From a virus (taxonomy: Duplodnaviria > Caudoviricetes), in the IMG/VR virus record IMGVR_UViG_3300032297_000473, positions 1 through 58,531 of that record: DNA of 58,531 nucleotides; one strand, given 5' to 3'. A program made the translations under genes and the position numbers. Shown one piece after another: positions 46,884 through 56,071 of this stretch. The first letter of the stretch is position 1, and each line of letters opens with the position of its first letter. Below the pieces are notes generated by a model. It searched no databases. It saw only the letters and a list, made by a program, of their open reading frames with translations, and was not told where the DNA came from.

Positions 46884-49193
46884 ATGGCAAACAATAATAA
46901 CATAGATGGAGTGATAACTACAACCAATACACAAATAATTGGTAATGGTTATACATTGCCAAGCGATTTCAACAACAGTCGTCAGCCGGGTGAATTGGCC
47001 AATCTTTTTAATGCCAATAGCAATGTTATTTACAACAAGTTTAGCGCAAAGACTGGACAAGTAGGATTGCTACGATTTGGACCAAGACAACCATTTATTA
47101 GTTTCAATCCAAATACAGGAACAAAAGGTATTAATGCATTAAAAGGTGCTGTTCCAAGTATTGGAGCACCATTACAAGATGTAGAACGTATTACAAAATG
47201 GCAATTGACTGGAACAGGTGTAATTTTCATTGCAAAGCAATTTTTGTTGCAAGGTCAGAACGCGTTCAACGAAACAAGAATTTATAATCCAGCAATGCCT
47301 ATCTTGTCAGTTGCAAGTCGTGCATCATTTGGACTAATACAAACACCAACACGTCATCTTGATTTGAGTGGCGGCTTTGCATCTGCTTTAGGATTTGGTA
47401 GTTCACCTAGACCAATTAGCACAACTGTTGCTGCATCTAACGGTAATGCACTATCTACTCAATCAAAATTAGCCCCAAATGCTTACAAAGGTATGTTGCG
47501 TGGTGTAACGGCAACATCTGGATTTACATCACTGAGTCAAAAATGGGCCGAAGGCAGCAACAACGCTGGCGGTGGATTTTTAAAAACAGTTGGTGGTTAT
47601 TTGAAGAATGCATTCAATAGCATCAAAGGCACATTTGTTCCTGTTGGACAACCGGGAAGTTTTCAATATCGTGCTGATGAACAAACATATGGTCGCATGA
47701 TGGCAGACCAATCTAAGTTTTACAATTTCAAAAGTGATGGTACTATACCAATTGGTGTTTATCAACGTTTTTGGAGCGGCAAAGAAATTACAAACAAAAA
47801 AACGCCATTGTCATATGTTCGTTATGCATATTTTATTAAACCAGACGAAGGTATTGATATAAGTTCTGGCAACACTGGCACTATACAAAACAAAAGTTTT
47901 GGTATCACAGATTTCAATCCACAAGATGAAAAGGGTTCATCATATACAACATATGTTGGACATGATAAATGGGTGTTAAAGGGCAGTCAAAAAGATTCAT
48001 TGGAACATTCCGATCAAGTTGTTAACTATGCTTATTACACAGATCGTCTTACAAAAAATGTAAAAGATGGTGGTAAATATTTTTCAAATCGTTCTAAACT
48101 AAACGATCCAAATGATGCTAGAGTAAAAGATATCAAAGAAAATTTAGATCGCGTATTAAAAGGATTGCAAACCAAAGATATCAATTCAAGCAACATGTAT
48201 TATGATTTGAATCCTGATAATGGTTATACACACAGTCCGCTTCCTCAATTTAGCGAAGCTATGGGAGGAACCAATGGATATGATTATATTGACCGAGTAA
48301 CCAATAAAGATCAAGGATTTGATAAACAATTTAAGTATTTAACAGCAACTAGATTTGCAAATATTAAAACAATCGACCCTGTACCAGATGGCAATTCAGA
48401 AAACGAACATTATGGATTTGCAGGTGCCGGTAGATCTGATAAAATCAACACAATTGGTGTAATAAACGGATCGGATTTTGCAACCAATGGTGAAGGATCT
48501 AAAACAGGTAAATTATACGATCCATCCACAGATGATTTGATTGCTTTTTATTTTCATGATATTGTCAATGATCGATATCTTCCATTTCGATCTGTGTTTA
48601 AAGGTATAAGCGAAAGTGCAACCGCAGAATGGAATGATGTAAGCTACTTGGGTCGCGCTGATAAATTGTATACATACAAAGGATTTACACGATCATTATC
48701 TTTTAGTTTCACAGTTAATATTTCAAGCATAAAAGAATTTGCGGCAACTTGGCAAAAAATTAATTACTTTGTCAGTCTTGTTAAACCGGCAAATTATACT
48801 GCAAAAAATGAGACTGATTTGTTGACATTTTCAAGATTTATTATACCACCAATAGTTAAGTTTACAATCGGTGATTTATATGTTGATCAGCCGGGATTGA
48901 TAACAAGTATTGGTTTTAGTGTTCCAGATGATGCTGCTTGGGAAACATTGGATGAAACTTATGCAAATAAACATGATTGGACATATTTAAATAATGTTAT
49001 TCAATGGACTGAAAGCAAAAATAAGTATGCTCAATTACCAAGAACTGTAGATTTTAGTGTGTCTATGAATTTATTGGAAAAGGAAAAACCAATTGTTGGT
49101 GGCGCACACTTTGGATCTGTATATCGTACTGATCCATATTATATAACTTCATCAAATCAAGGTACATTTTCATCAAATCTATTAGTTAAATAA
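46884..49193 (+). CDS. baseplate / tail-tube initiator-like protein
   Basis: C-term FRS..ISES..AEW..Y.GRAD..Y.Y.G..R.LSFSF..PP.VKFTIGD. Confidence 0.65.
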   Translation: MANNNNIDGVITTTNTQIIGNGYTLPSDFNNSRQPGELANLFNANSNVIYNKFSAKTGQVGLLRFGPRQPFISFNPNTGTKGINALKGAVPSIGAPLQDVERITKWQLTGTGVIFIAKQFLLQGQNAFNETRIYNPAMPILSVASRASFGLIQTPTRHLDLSGGFASALGFGSSPRPISTTVAASNGNALSTQSKLAPNAYKGMLRGVTATSGFTSLSQKWAEGSNNAGGGFLKTVGGYLKNAFNSIKGTFVPVGQPGSFQYRADEQTYGRMMADQSKFYNFKSDGTIPIGVYQRFWSGKEITNKKTPLSYVRYAYFIKPDEGIDISSGNTGTIQNKSFGITDFNPQDEKGSSYTTYVGHDKWVLKGSQKDSLEHSDQVVNYAYYTDRLTKNVKDGGKYFSNRSKLNDPNDARVKDIKENLDRVLKGLQTKDINSSNMYYDLNPDNGYTHSPLPQFSEAMGGTNGYDYIDRVTNKDQGFDKQFKYLTATRFANIKTIDPVPDGNSENEHYGFAGAGRSDKINTIGVINGSDFATNGEGSKTGKLYDPSTDDLIAFYFHDIVNDRYLPFRSVFKGISESATAEWNDVSYLGRADKLYTYKGFTRSLSFSFTVNISSIKEFAATWQKINYFVSLVKPANYTAKNETDLLTFSRFIIPPIVKFTIGDLYVDQPGLITSIGFSVPDDAAWETLDETYANKHDWTYLNNVIQWTESKNKYAQLPRTVDFSVSMNLLEKEKPIVGGAHFGSVYRTDPYYITSSNQGTFSSNLLVK

Positions 49194-49195
49194 TT

Positions 49196-49492
49196 ATGAA
49201 TCGATATTCTGTAGCAAAAATTGACACTCGCTTTGATGGAAAACGTGTATATAAAAGCGTTTTATATCCATCGATTGCTGTTGATAGTTCTGATTTTTAT
49301 ATTGTAACCAATGAAACTATGTATCTTGACACGCTTGCATACAAATACTATAATGACACAAGTTTATGGTGGATTATAGCATTGGCAAATAATATTGGTA
49401 AAGGTCGTTTGAGTGTACCTGCTGGATTACAATTAAGAATACCGGGTAACGTAATAAAAATTATCAACGATTATAATCTCATCAATTCATAA
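49196..49492 (+). CDS. LysM-like baseplate wedge protein (gpX/gp53-like)
   Basis: YLDTLAYKYYNDTSLWWIIALANN..G.QLRIP. Confidence 0.8.
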   Translation: MNRYSVAKIDTRFDGKRVYKSVLYPSIAVDSSDFYIVTNETMYLDTLAYKYYNDTSLWWIIALANNIGKGRLSVPAGLQLRIPGNVIKIINDYNLINS

Positions 49493-49495
49493 GTT

Positions 49496-52114
49496 ATGGC
49501 ACAAAATATTGAAAGTCTAGATAATAGACCGTGGGTTCCACATCATATTCCAAATCCAATTAGACGCGAGTTGTATCGTAGAATTTTGGATCAGGGATTT
49601 AATCATATTGACACAGACAATAGTTGGTCTAATTACAAAAATTATCGTGGTCCATTAAGTGCATGGGTTCGTATTACGAGTAATGGTACGGGTGTTAGTA
49701 AAACATTATCAAATTCTCAAAAATATGATGGGTTCATTTTATATGGTGGACAGGGATTTCATGATGCATTTGGTAAACTAAACTTAACAGACAACGGCTC
49801 ACCATATCAAACAAATATACTCGGTTATGATACAAAAGGAAAAGAACACAGATTGGACTTGGATGTTAAAAATCCTAATATAGTTACATTAAAAGGAAGT
49901 CCAACTCGAAACGTTCCAATTTTACTACCCCCACCGGGCATTGTTTCTATAGACGCAAGCATGCAAAAAGAGCGCATTAGAAAAGTAACAATCAATTGGA
50001 AATGTTATAGTTTTGCTCAATTGGAGTATATGACGCCTTATTTTCTAACACCGGGTATTAGTTTAATTGTCGAATTTGGGTGGAATTTATTTAATCAACA
50101 ATGTTTACTAGATTTAAAAGATACTGATTTGTTAAAGAAGCTATGGGTAGATGGAACTCCGTTGTATCAAAAAACATTGGACTCAAATGGTATGTATGAT
50201 TCAACATTTGGAAGTATCGCCAATTTTGAGTTCGGCACACAAGACGGTATGACATATGATTGTAAAACTGAAATATATTCTAAACATCGAAATCATACAG
50301 GTGCCTTATTAAATGAATCTCCAAAAAATTCTAGTATCGTAGTAAATAAAAAAACAGAAAACATGCTTACAAAACCTTCATTATATGAATTTTGTAATCA
50401 AAGACTAAAAAATGTCGCAAAGTGTTTGGAGGGAACCGGTAAAAATTTTTTCGAACCATTAACTGTTGATGAAGAAAATAAACTTAATGCAAAAGATCCA
50501 AATGGAATACCATATGACAATACAGATCTTATAAAAAATTTTTATAATGGAAAAAAAGAAAATCGAATTTTTATAGCACGCAATAAAGTACAAAATGATC
50601 CATTGCTTGTCGGTAGTGACACGGAAACATATGGGCAACCAGACAAAGATATTGACTGGGATAGTACCTCACCTGATGATACATGGGTAACAATGGGATT
50701 TGTAATTGAACTTATAAACCTATTTATAGGACAGAATATAGCTACAAAAGCATCAAATGATCCAAAATTTGAATTGTTTACATTTGATATTAATGACGTA
50801 GCAATCGGAGCGCATCCAAATTTAATAAGCACGGACGGTTATACAATATTAATACCAAATCCAACTGCACCTAAATTTAATCTAGGATATAAATTGTGGG
50901 TAACAGATTATCAAAGTGCAATAAGCAACAAATTACAATCACAAACATCATACAAAACAGCAGCAAGTTTTGAAAAAGCCGGACCTGATATGTTGCCCTA
51001 CAACAAAAAATTGTATGAAATATTTAAGACTGGATATGCTCCAGTTGAAAAAGTTAAAGCTAATAATGGTGCGTACAGAAACAACATCGATTATATTATT
51101 AATAGATTTCGTTATAATTTTTTTAATAATGATTTGGATCCTTATGATGCTGCGTTTCCTCAAATGAACGATTACACAGTAAAAGGAAATGAAAAAAAAG
51201 CGGGATATTGGGGTTATTTGAAAGATTTATTTGTTCATGTAAATGTTATTATAAACGCTGCAAAAGATGCAAAAACTGCGGAAGATTTTTTAAATTCTTT
51301 ATTGCAGACAGTTTCAGCAGCATCCGCAGGATTGTGGGAATTGGCTGTAATTGAAGATGAAAATAAACTAAGAATAATTGATAAAAAATTTATTTCTAAA
51401 AAGGTATATCAAAATTTATATCAATTTGATATTAGTTCGGATAGCTGCATTAAATCACTGTCATTCACTGTAACTCCTAGTAATGCTCAGATGACACAAG
51501 TTATTGCTGGATCATCAAACAATCAAGGACAAAATACAGGGCAATCAACCGCCACACAATTACCAGATTTTAAGTTTGGTGATCGTTTGGGAGTTAATCA
51601 ACTTGAACCAGAGACAAAAAAAACTTTTATTAATGAATCTGCCGATTTAATAAAACAACTTCAAAAATATGGTAGAGTAGCAGGTGCATTTGCGATGACT
51701 TTAAAATATGTAAGTGAAGATGAATATTATGAAGTGGTTAATCTTGCATTGCCAAGCAAAAATTTATTGTTGTCTCTAATGGATTGTGGTGACTATGAAG
51801 ACAATATTAATATATATGGTGGACAACAACCAAATTTTACATGTGAATTGGTATTACAAGGAATTAGTGGATTGAGAACGTTTCAATGTTTTAGTATCAA
51901 AAATTTACCAAAACCATATAGTCCAGAAGATGTCATTTTTTCAATTATTGATTTGACACATTCTATTCAAAATGGTGAATGGATAACAACAATAAAAGCA
52001 GGAATACGACCAAGAGCAAAATTAAAAAACACAGTAGGTGTAAATTACGAATACACAAATGGTAAAGAAGCATTTGAATCAACAAATGATGTACCAATAA
52101 CAAATCTAAAATAA
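49496..52114 (+). CDS. putative baseplate hub protein
   Basis: PPGI.S..INWKC..QLE..YFL.PG..EFGW; C-term L.GISG..F.I..H.I..W.T. Confidence 0.6.
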   Translation: MAQNIESLDNRPWVPHHIPNPIRRELYRRILDQGFNHIDTDNSWSNYKNYRGPLSAWVRITSNGTGVSKTLSNSQKYDGFILYGGQGFHDAFGKLNLTDNGSPYQTNILGYDTKGKEHRLDLDVKNPNIVTLKGSPTRNVPILLPPPGIVSIDASMQKERIRKVTINWKCYSFAQLEYMTPYFLTPGISLIVEFGWNLFNQQCLLDLKDTDLLKKLWVDGTPLYQKTLDSNGMYDSTFGSIANFEFGTQDGMTYDCKTEIYSKHRNHTGALLNESPKNSSIVVNKKTENMLTKPSLYEFCNQRLKNVAKCLEGTGKNFFEPLTVDEENKLNAKDPNGIPYDNTDLIKNFYNGKKENRIFIARNKVQNDPLLVGSDTETYGQPDKDIDWDSTSPDDTWVTMGFVIELINLFIGQNIATKASNDPKFELFTFDINDVAIGAHPNLISTDGYTILIPNPTAPKFNLGYKLWVTDYQSAISNKLQSQTSYKTAASFEKAGPDMLPYNKKLYEIFKTGYAPVEKVKANNGAYRNNIDYIINRFRYNFFNNDLDPYDAAFPQMNDYTVKGNEKKAGYWGYLKDLFVHVNVIINAAKDAKTAEDFLNSLLQTVSAASAGLWELAVIEDENKLRIIDKKFISKKVYQNLYQFDISSDSCIKSLSFTVTPSNAQMTQVIAGSSNNQGQNTGQSTATQLPDFKFGDRLGVNQLEPETKKTFINESADLIKQLQKYGRVAGAFAMTLKYVSEDEYYEVVNLALPSKNLLLSLMDCGDYEDNINIYGGQQPNFTCELVLQGISGLRTFQCFSIKNLPKPYSPEDVIFSIIDLTHSIQNGEWITTIKAGIRPRAKLKNTVGVNYEYTNGKEAFESTNDVPITNLK

Positions 52115-52115
52115 T

Positions 52116-52505
52116 ATGATTGATATTAATACCTATAATCTAATTGGTAATTCAATAGGTGTACAAAACTATGAATATCCAAAATTTTATACATTTGTTG
52201 TAAATGATTCAGATTATAAAAACGGATTTGCATATCGTTATTTTGTTCATAAAATAAACGATACATCAATAATTGAAGTTTCTAGTAAAAATTACAATAA
52301 CATTCAAAAAAATTTGTTTAATAAAGTTATAGTAACATGGCATTTAATCGGACCTGAAAGAAATGTGTATGTCAACGGAAAGCTTTATGAACAAGGCATT
52401 TACGAAAAAAATTTCAAAGAAATAAGTGTAGCAGCACAAACCATGCCAAGTCTAAAAAATTTTATTACAAACTACACGCAATACAGCAAGCCTAGAAAAG
52501 ATTGA
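52116..52505 (+). CDS. hypothetical baseplate-region protein
   Basis: DY..G..RYF..K.N..EV..W.L.G motif; last gene of tail operon. Confidence 0.6.
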   Translation: MIDINTYNLIGNSIGVQNYEYPKFYTFVVNDSDYKNGFAYRYFVHKINDTSIIEVSSKNYNNIQKNLFNKVIVTWHLIGPERNVYVNGKLYEQGIYEKNFKEISVAAQTMPSLKNFITNYTQYSKPRKD

Positions 52506-52530
52506 CATGCGGCAGCACCTGCTGTATTGT
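52502..52530 (+). promoter_or_regulatory. sigma70-type promoter (leaderless polA-like transcript)
   Basis: TTGACA-17-TATTGT, ATG 6 nt downstream. Confidence 0.7.
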
Positions 52531-52536
52531 CAGTGA

Positions 52537-53892
52537 ATGATCATAGATAGTGAAAAAGAATATCTAAAATTTCTTGATAATTACAATCAGCACGATTTAA
52601 TTGTCAATACATTGGGATGTGATGAACGATATCATCCTGTTGTAGACGAATTGTGTGCAGTGTTTATTAAAAGTATCACCGATGGTAGAGATTTTACATT
52701 AAGTGTAAATCATCCAGATGGTGTATGGAATATTGATAAAGTTCGACTTGCAACGGACTTGAATAAGCTAAATACAAATATCTGGACATTCGATAAGAAA
52801 AAGACCTTACATTTTTTGCCAGTCTTGAAATTGAAAGATATTCAAGTTTACGACTACATGGAAACAGGTGAAATTGCTGATATAACTCAGTATCAATCAA
52901 ATGTTTATGCCTTTTATAAACACATGTATGGCAAATATAGTGATTTGAATTGTGTTATTCCACTGTCAGTGCATATCGCTAGTTTCGAAAATTTAGCGGA
53001 CAGTGCATTGGCACGTATTCGTGGATTAAATATCGATCAAATTTTCAATCGTATTAATACTGAAATTGTCGAAAGCTTTCAATCTATTGAATCGAACGGA
53101 TTGAAAGTTGATGAATTGGTTTTTCAACAACACTTTGGGCATAAGGAATGCAAGATCAAAAACGGATTTGCTCACACTGAGTATAATTTGTTTACATCCA
53201 CAGGTCGGCCAAGTAACCGATTTGGTAACATCAATTATGCCGCTCTCAAAAAAGACGACGGTTGTAGATCTGCATTTGTTAGTCGTTATGGAAACGATGG
53301 ATATTTGTTTATGATTGACTATAGTGCATATCATCCACGGTTGATTGCACAATTGGTACGTTACAATCTTCCTGACGATGTTTACAATTATTTGGGTCAA
53401 TCGTACTTCACCAAAGAGACATTATCTGATGAAGAATTGAAGACGGCAAAAACAACTACATTTCAACTGTTGTATGGTAATATTCCAGAAAAATATGCCC
53501 ACATTCCATTCTTTGTAAAAATCAAAGACTACATTGAACACAGATGGAATCATTTTTCAACACATGGATATGTCGAAACGCCAATATATAAGCGGCGTAT
53601 CACTCCAAACAACATCAGTGAACCAAATCCAAATAAGCTGTTTAATTATATTTTACAGGCAACCGAAACGGAGTACAACACTGCTGTATTGCGTGATTTG
53701 GTAGTACATCTAAAAAATAAACTAACCAAACCCGTTTTGTATACATATGATTCTGTGCTTTTTGATGTAAGCAATCAAGATGGCGTTGACGTATTGAAGC
53801 AAATCAAACATATTATGTCACCTAACAATAATTTTCCTGTAAAATGTTATAAAGGAAACAATTATAATGAAATGCACATAATAAGTGTATAA
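52537..53892 (+). CDS. polA: family A DNA polymerase, short form
   Basis: TSTGRPSN, motif A IDYSAYHPRLIA, motif B AKTTTFQLLYG, NYILQATETE, motif C YTYDSVLFD. Confidence 0.8.
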   Translation: MIIDSEKEYLKFLDNYNQHDLIVNTLGCDERYHPVVDELCAVFIKSITDGRDFTLSVNHPDGVWNIDKVRLATDLNKLNTNIWTFDKKKTLHFLPVLKLKDIQVYDYMETGEIADITQYQSNVYAFYKHMYGKYSDLNCVIPLSVHIASFENLADSALARIRGLNIDQIFNRINTEIVESFQSIESNGLKVDELVFQQHFGHKECKIKNGFAHTEYNLFTSTGRPSNRFGNINYAALKKDDGCRSAFVSRYGNDGYLFMIDYSAYHPRLIAQLVRYNLPDDVYNYLGQSYFTKETLSDEELKTAKTTTFQLLYGNIPEKYAHIPFFVKIKDYIEHRWNHFSTHGYVETPIYKRRITPNNISEPNPNKLFNYILQATETEYNTAVLRDLVVHLKNKLTKPVLYTYDSVLFDVSNQDGVDVLKQIKHIMSPNNNFPVKCYKGNNYNEMHIISV

Positions 53893-53922
53893 TAATGGAT
53901 TTTTCAAATATATTTATTATGG

Positions 53923-54603
53923 ATGAAAGAAATCTATAATAAAGTTTTGGAAGCGGTCGCAATTGATCCTCGTTTAGACACAGGTATTTTTGATGTATTA
54001 AACAATGATCATTTGTCTATTTTTCGTGAATATCTAGTAAAAGAAGGTATTTCTGAAGATACCGCTATTGCTGCCAGCAACAAATTGGCAGAAGCGGGTA
54101 GATTTCCAGAGCGACAAGCTTATAATAAAGATGGTTTGTTGGTAACATTTCCTTCAGCCGAACACAAACAACGTGCAATTGCTAGAGGATCTCATTTTGA
54201 GAGAAATCCAAAATCAGCACAGGTAAATATTTTTGGTGCTGAAACACAACCTCAACAACAAGCACCAGCACAACAAGCACCAGCACAACAAGCAGTTGCG
54301 CCTGCAACTGTTGCTAAACCCGCTGCGCCCACACAAGCACCCGTTACACAGTCAGTTGCTACAACGCAATCTGCGGATGTTACTCCTGTAAATGCTGATA
54401 ATCGTACACCAGAAGAAAGAGCGGCAGACGCAAATGCGGTGGAAAAAATGTTAAAGACTGAAGGAAAGTCATATACTTTATCCGAAGCAATTGCATTTGG
54501 TTTCTACTCAAAGAACAATATATGGTATACATCGGATGGTGAAAAAGTTGGTCGCTTGTGGTATGTGGCAGATCGCAAACAACAAATTATATTGCCATGT
54601 TAA
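53923..54603 (+). CDS. hypothetical protein with Q/A/P-rich linker
   Basis: TATTTAT 5 nt before ATG; VLE/LAE/LSE sites; caacaagcaccagca repeats. Confidence 0.6.
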   Translation: MKEIYNKVLEAVAIDPRLDTGIFDVLNNDHLSIFREYLVKEGISEDTAIAASNKLAEAGRFPERQAYNKDGLLVTFPSAEHKQRAIARGSHFERNPKSAQVNIFGAETQPQQQAPAQQAPAQQAVAPATVAKPAAPTQAPVTQSVATTQSADVTPVNADNRTPEERAADANAVEKMLKTEGKSYTLSEAIAFGFYSKNNIWYTSDGEKVGRLWYVADRKQQIILPC

Positions 54604-54998
54604 CGAGAGAAAAACAACTTTTATGCACATTTACGAATAATGGAGATTATTCGTTATTGCTCTCTAAAATTTCGAATTTTTATACAATTTTAGAAAATAA
54701 ACTTTTTATTTTTGCAAATGTAAAAAATTTAAAAGAATATTATCTCACATACAATGTTGACTGTAGCAATACAACGGTCGGCAAATTTCCAAACACCATT
54801 AGTATACATCGCAAAAAAATGTATAATACATTGTATACTTTAAATGGAATGAATAGACTTATTACAGACGAAAACAATGGAGTATTTGATAAAACATATC
54901 AACTCAATTGGGAATTATACAGAAACTCTTTGATTTTGACTACGGATATCGGTGTCAAGGTGGTTGGTCTCAAGTTGGTAGACATTGTTACGCTGTGA
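54597..54998 (+). CDS. hypothetical protein
   Basis: KQLLCTF..IHRKK..NTLYTLN.MN; ATG 54597 overlaps upstream stop. Confidence 0.65.
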   Translation: MLTREKQLLCTFTNNGDYSLLLSKISNFYTILENKLFIFANVKNLKEYYLTYNVDCSNTTVGKFPNTISIHRKKMYNTLYTLNGMNRLITDENNGVFDKTYQLNWELYRNSLILTTDIGVKVVGLKLVDIVTL

Positions 54999-55038
54999 CT
55001 TTTTATAGTCTTCGTTAGTTTTTATACGAAAAATTTTC

Positions 55039-55066
55039 TTGTGGTTTTTGAAAATCACTCTATACT
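55039..55066 (+). promoter_or_regulatory. putative sigma70-type promoter for ssb
   Basis: TTGTGG-16-TATACT, overlapping late-like TACTTAT. Confidence 0.5.
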
Positions 55067-55149
55067 TATACGTGTATTAAATGATGCACTGTCTTTAGTG
55101 AGACTATCATTATCTAATACACACTTAACAATTAATAAATTAAAAAATT

Positions 55150-55977
55150 ATGGCATTACCATCAAATAAAATTAAGAGCATTCTTAACTCTATTCAAAAC
55201 GTTAACAACAAAACTTCTTCTGTTTGGAAGCCTGAACCCGGAATCCACAACATTCGTATTGTTCCTTATAAGTTCAACCCTGATCAATTCAGCTTTATTG
55301 AGCTGAAGTTCCATTATGGATTGAAGGTCAAGGACGCAACCGGTAAAATTGTCGAACGTACTTTCTTGTCTCCAGACTCCTTTAATCGTCCCGATCCTAT
55401 TGTCGAATTTGCAAATAGATTGCAAAAGACTGGTGATAAGGAAGATTGGAAGCGTGGTCGCAATTTGCTTCCAAAGCAACGTACCTATGCACCTATTTTG
55501 GTTCGTGGTAAAGAAAATGAAGGAATCAAGTTTTGGGGATTCGGCAAGACTGTTTATGAAACAATCTTGAAGGCATGTGACGAAGAAGTATTCGGTGATA
55601 TTAGTGATCCAACAACTGGACATGATATTATTGTTGAATACAAGGAAGCTGGACCTAGTGCTGGTGGAAAGAATTTTCCAACAACAACTATTACGGTGAA
55701 GGGCAAGGTAACTCCTGCAATCGATGATGCGCGTAAGCACATCTTGGACTTCCAGAAGAATATTTTGGAATTGTTTCCAGAACCTACCTACGATCAGTTG
55801 TATAATATTATGACTGAAATGTTGTCTGCTGGTGCTACGGAAGACTCTACGGATGATACCGTAGTAGAACCAACTGATGATGCTATTGCAGCAAATACGT
55901 CTCCAACTGCTGCATCTGCACAGAGCAACAACGCAAGTGTAAACGATCAATTCGATAAGTTATTTGGAAAGAAATAA
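55150..55977 (+). CDS. ssb: single-stranded DNA-binding protein (T4 gp32-like)
   Basis: WKP..G..IRIVP, F.EL.FHY, DPI.EF, G.KFWGFGKTVY, DI.DP..G.D; acidic C-tail. Confidence 0.85.
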   Translation: MALPSNKIKSILNSIQNVNNKTSSVWKPEPGIHNIRIVPYKFNPDQFSFIELKFHYGLKVKDATGKIVERTFLSPDSFNRPDPIVEFANRLQKTGDKEDWKRGRNLLPKQRTYAPILVRGKENEGIKFWGFGKTVYETILKACDEEVFGDISDPTTGHDIIVEYKEAGPSAGGKNFPTTTITVKGKVTPAIDDARKHILDFQKNILELFPEPTYDQLYNIMTEMLSAGATEDSTDDTVVEPTDDAIAANTSPTAASAQSNNASVNDQFDKLFGKK

Positions 55978-55994
55978 ATTAAATTGATAAACAT

Positions 55995-56028
55995 AGGATG
56001 ATGACATATAATGTCATCATCCTTTTTT
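55995..56028 (+). terminator. intrinsic terminator
   Basis: aggatgatgacat-ata-atgtcatcatcct plus T run. Confidence 0.85.
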
Positions 56029-56071
56029 AGTATGTACGTAATTAAGGAAAAAATAAACATTTATAAATTAT

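Noticed and set aside
55162-55950. 262-aa antisense ORF over ssb
   Set aside because: Shadow of codon bias in a highly expressed gene; no promoter or recognisable motifs
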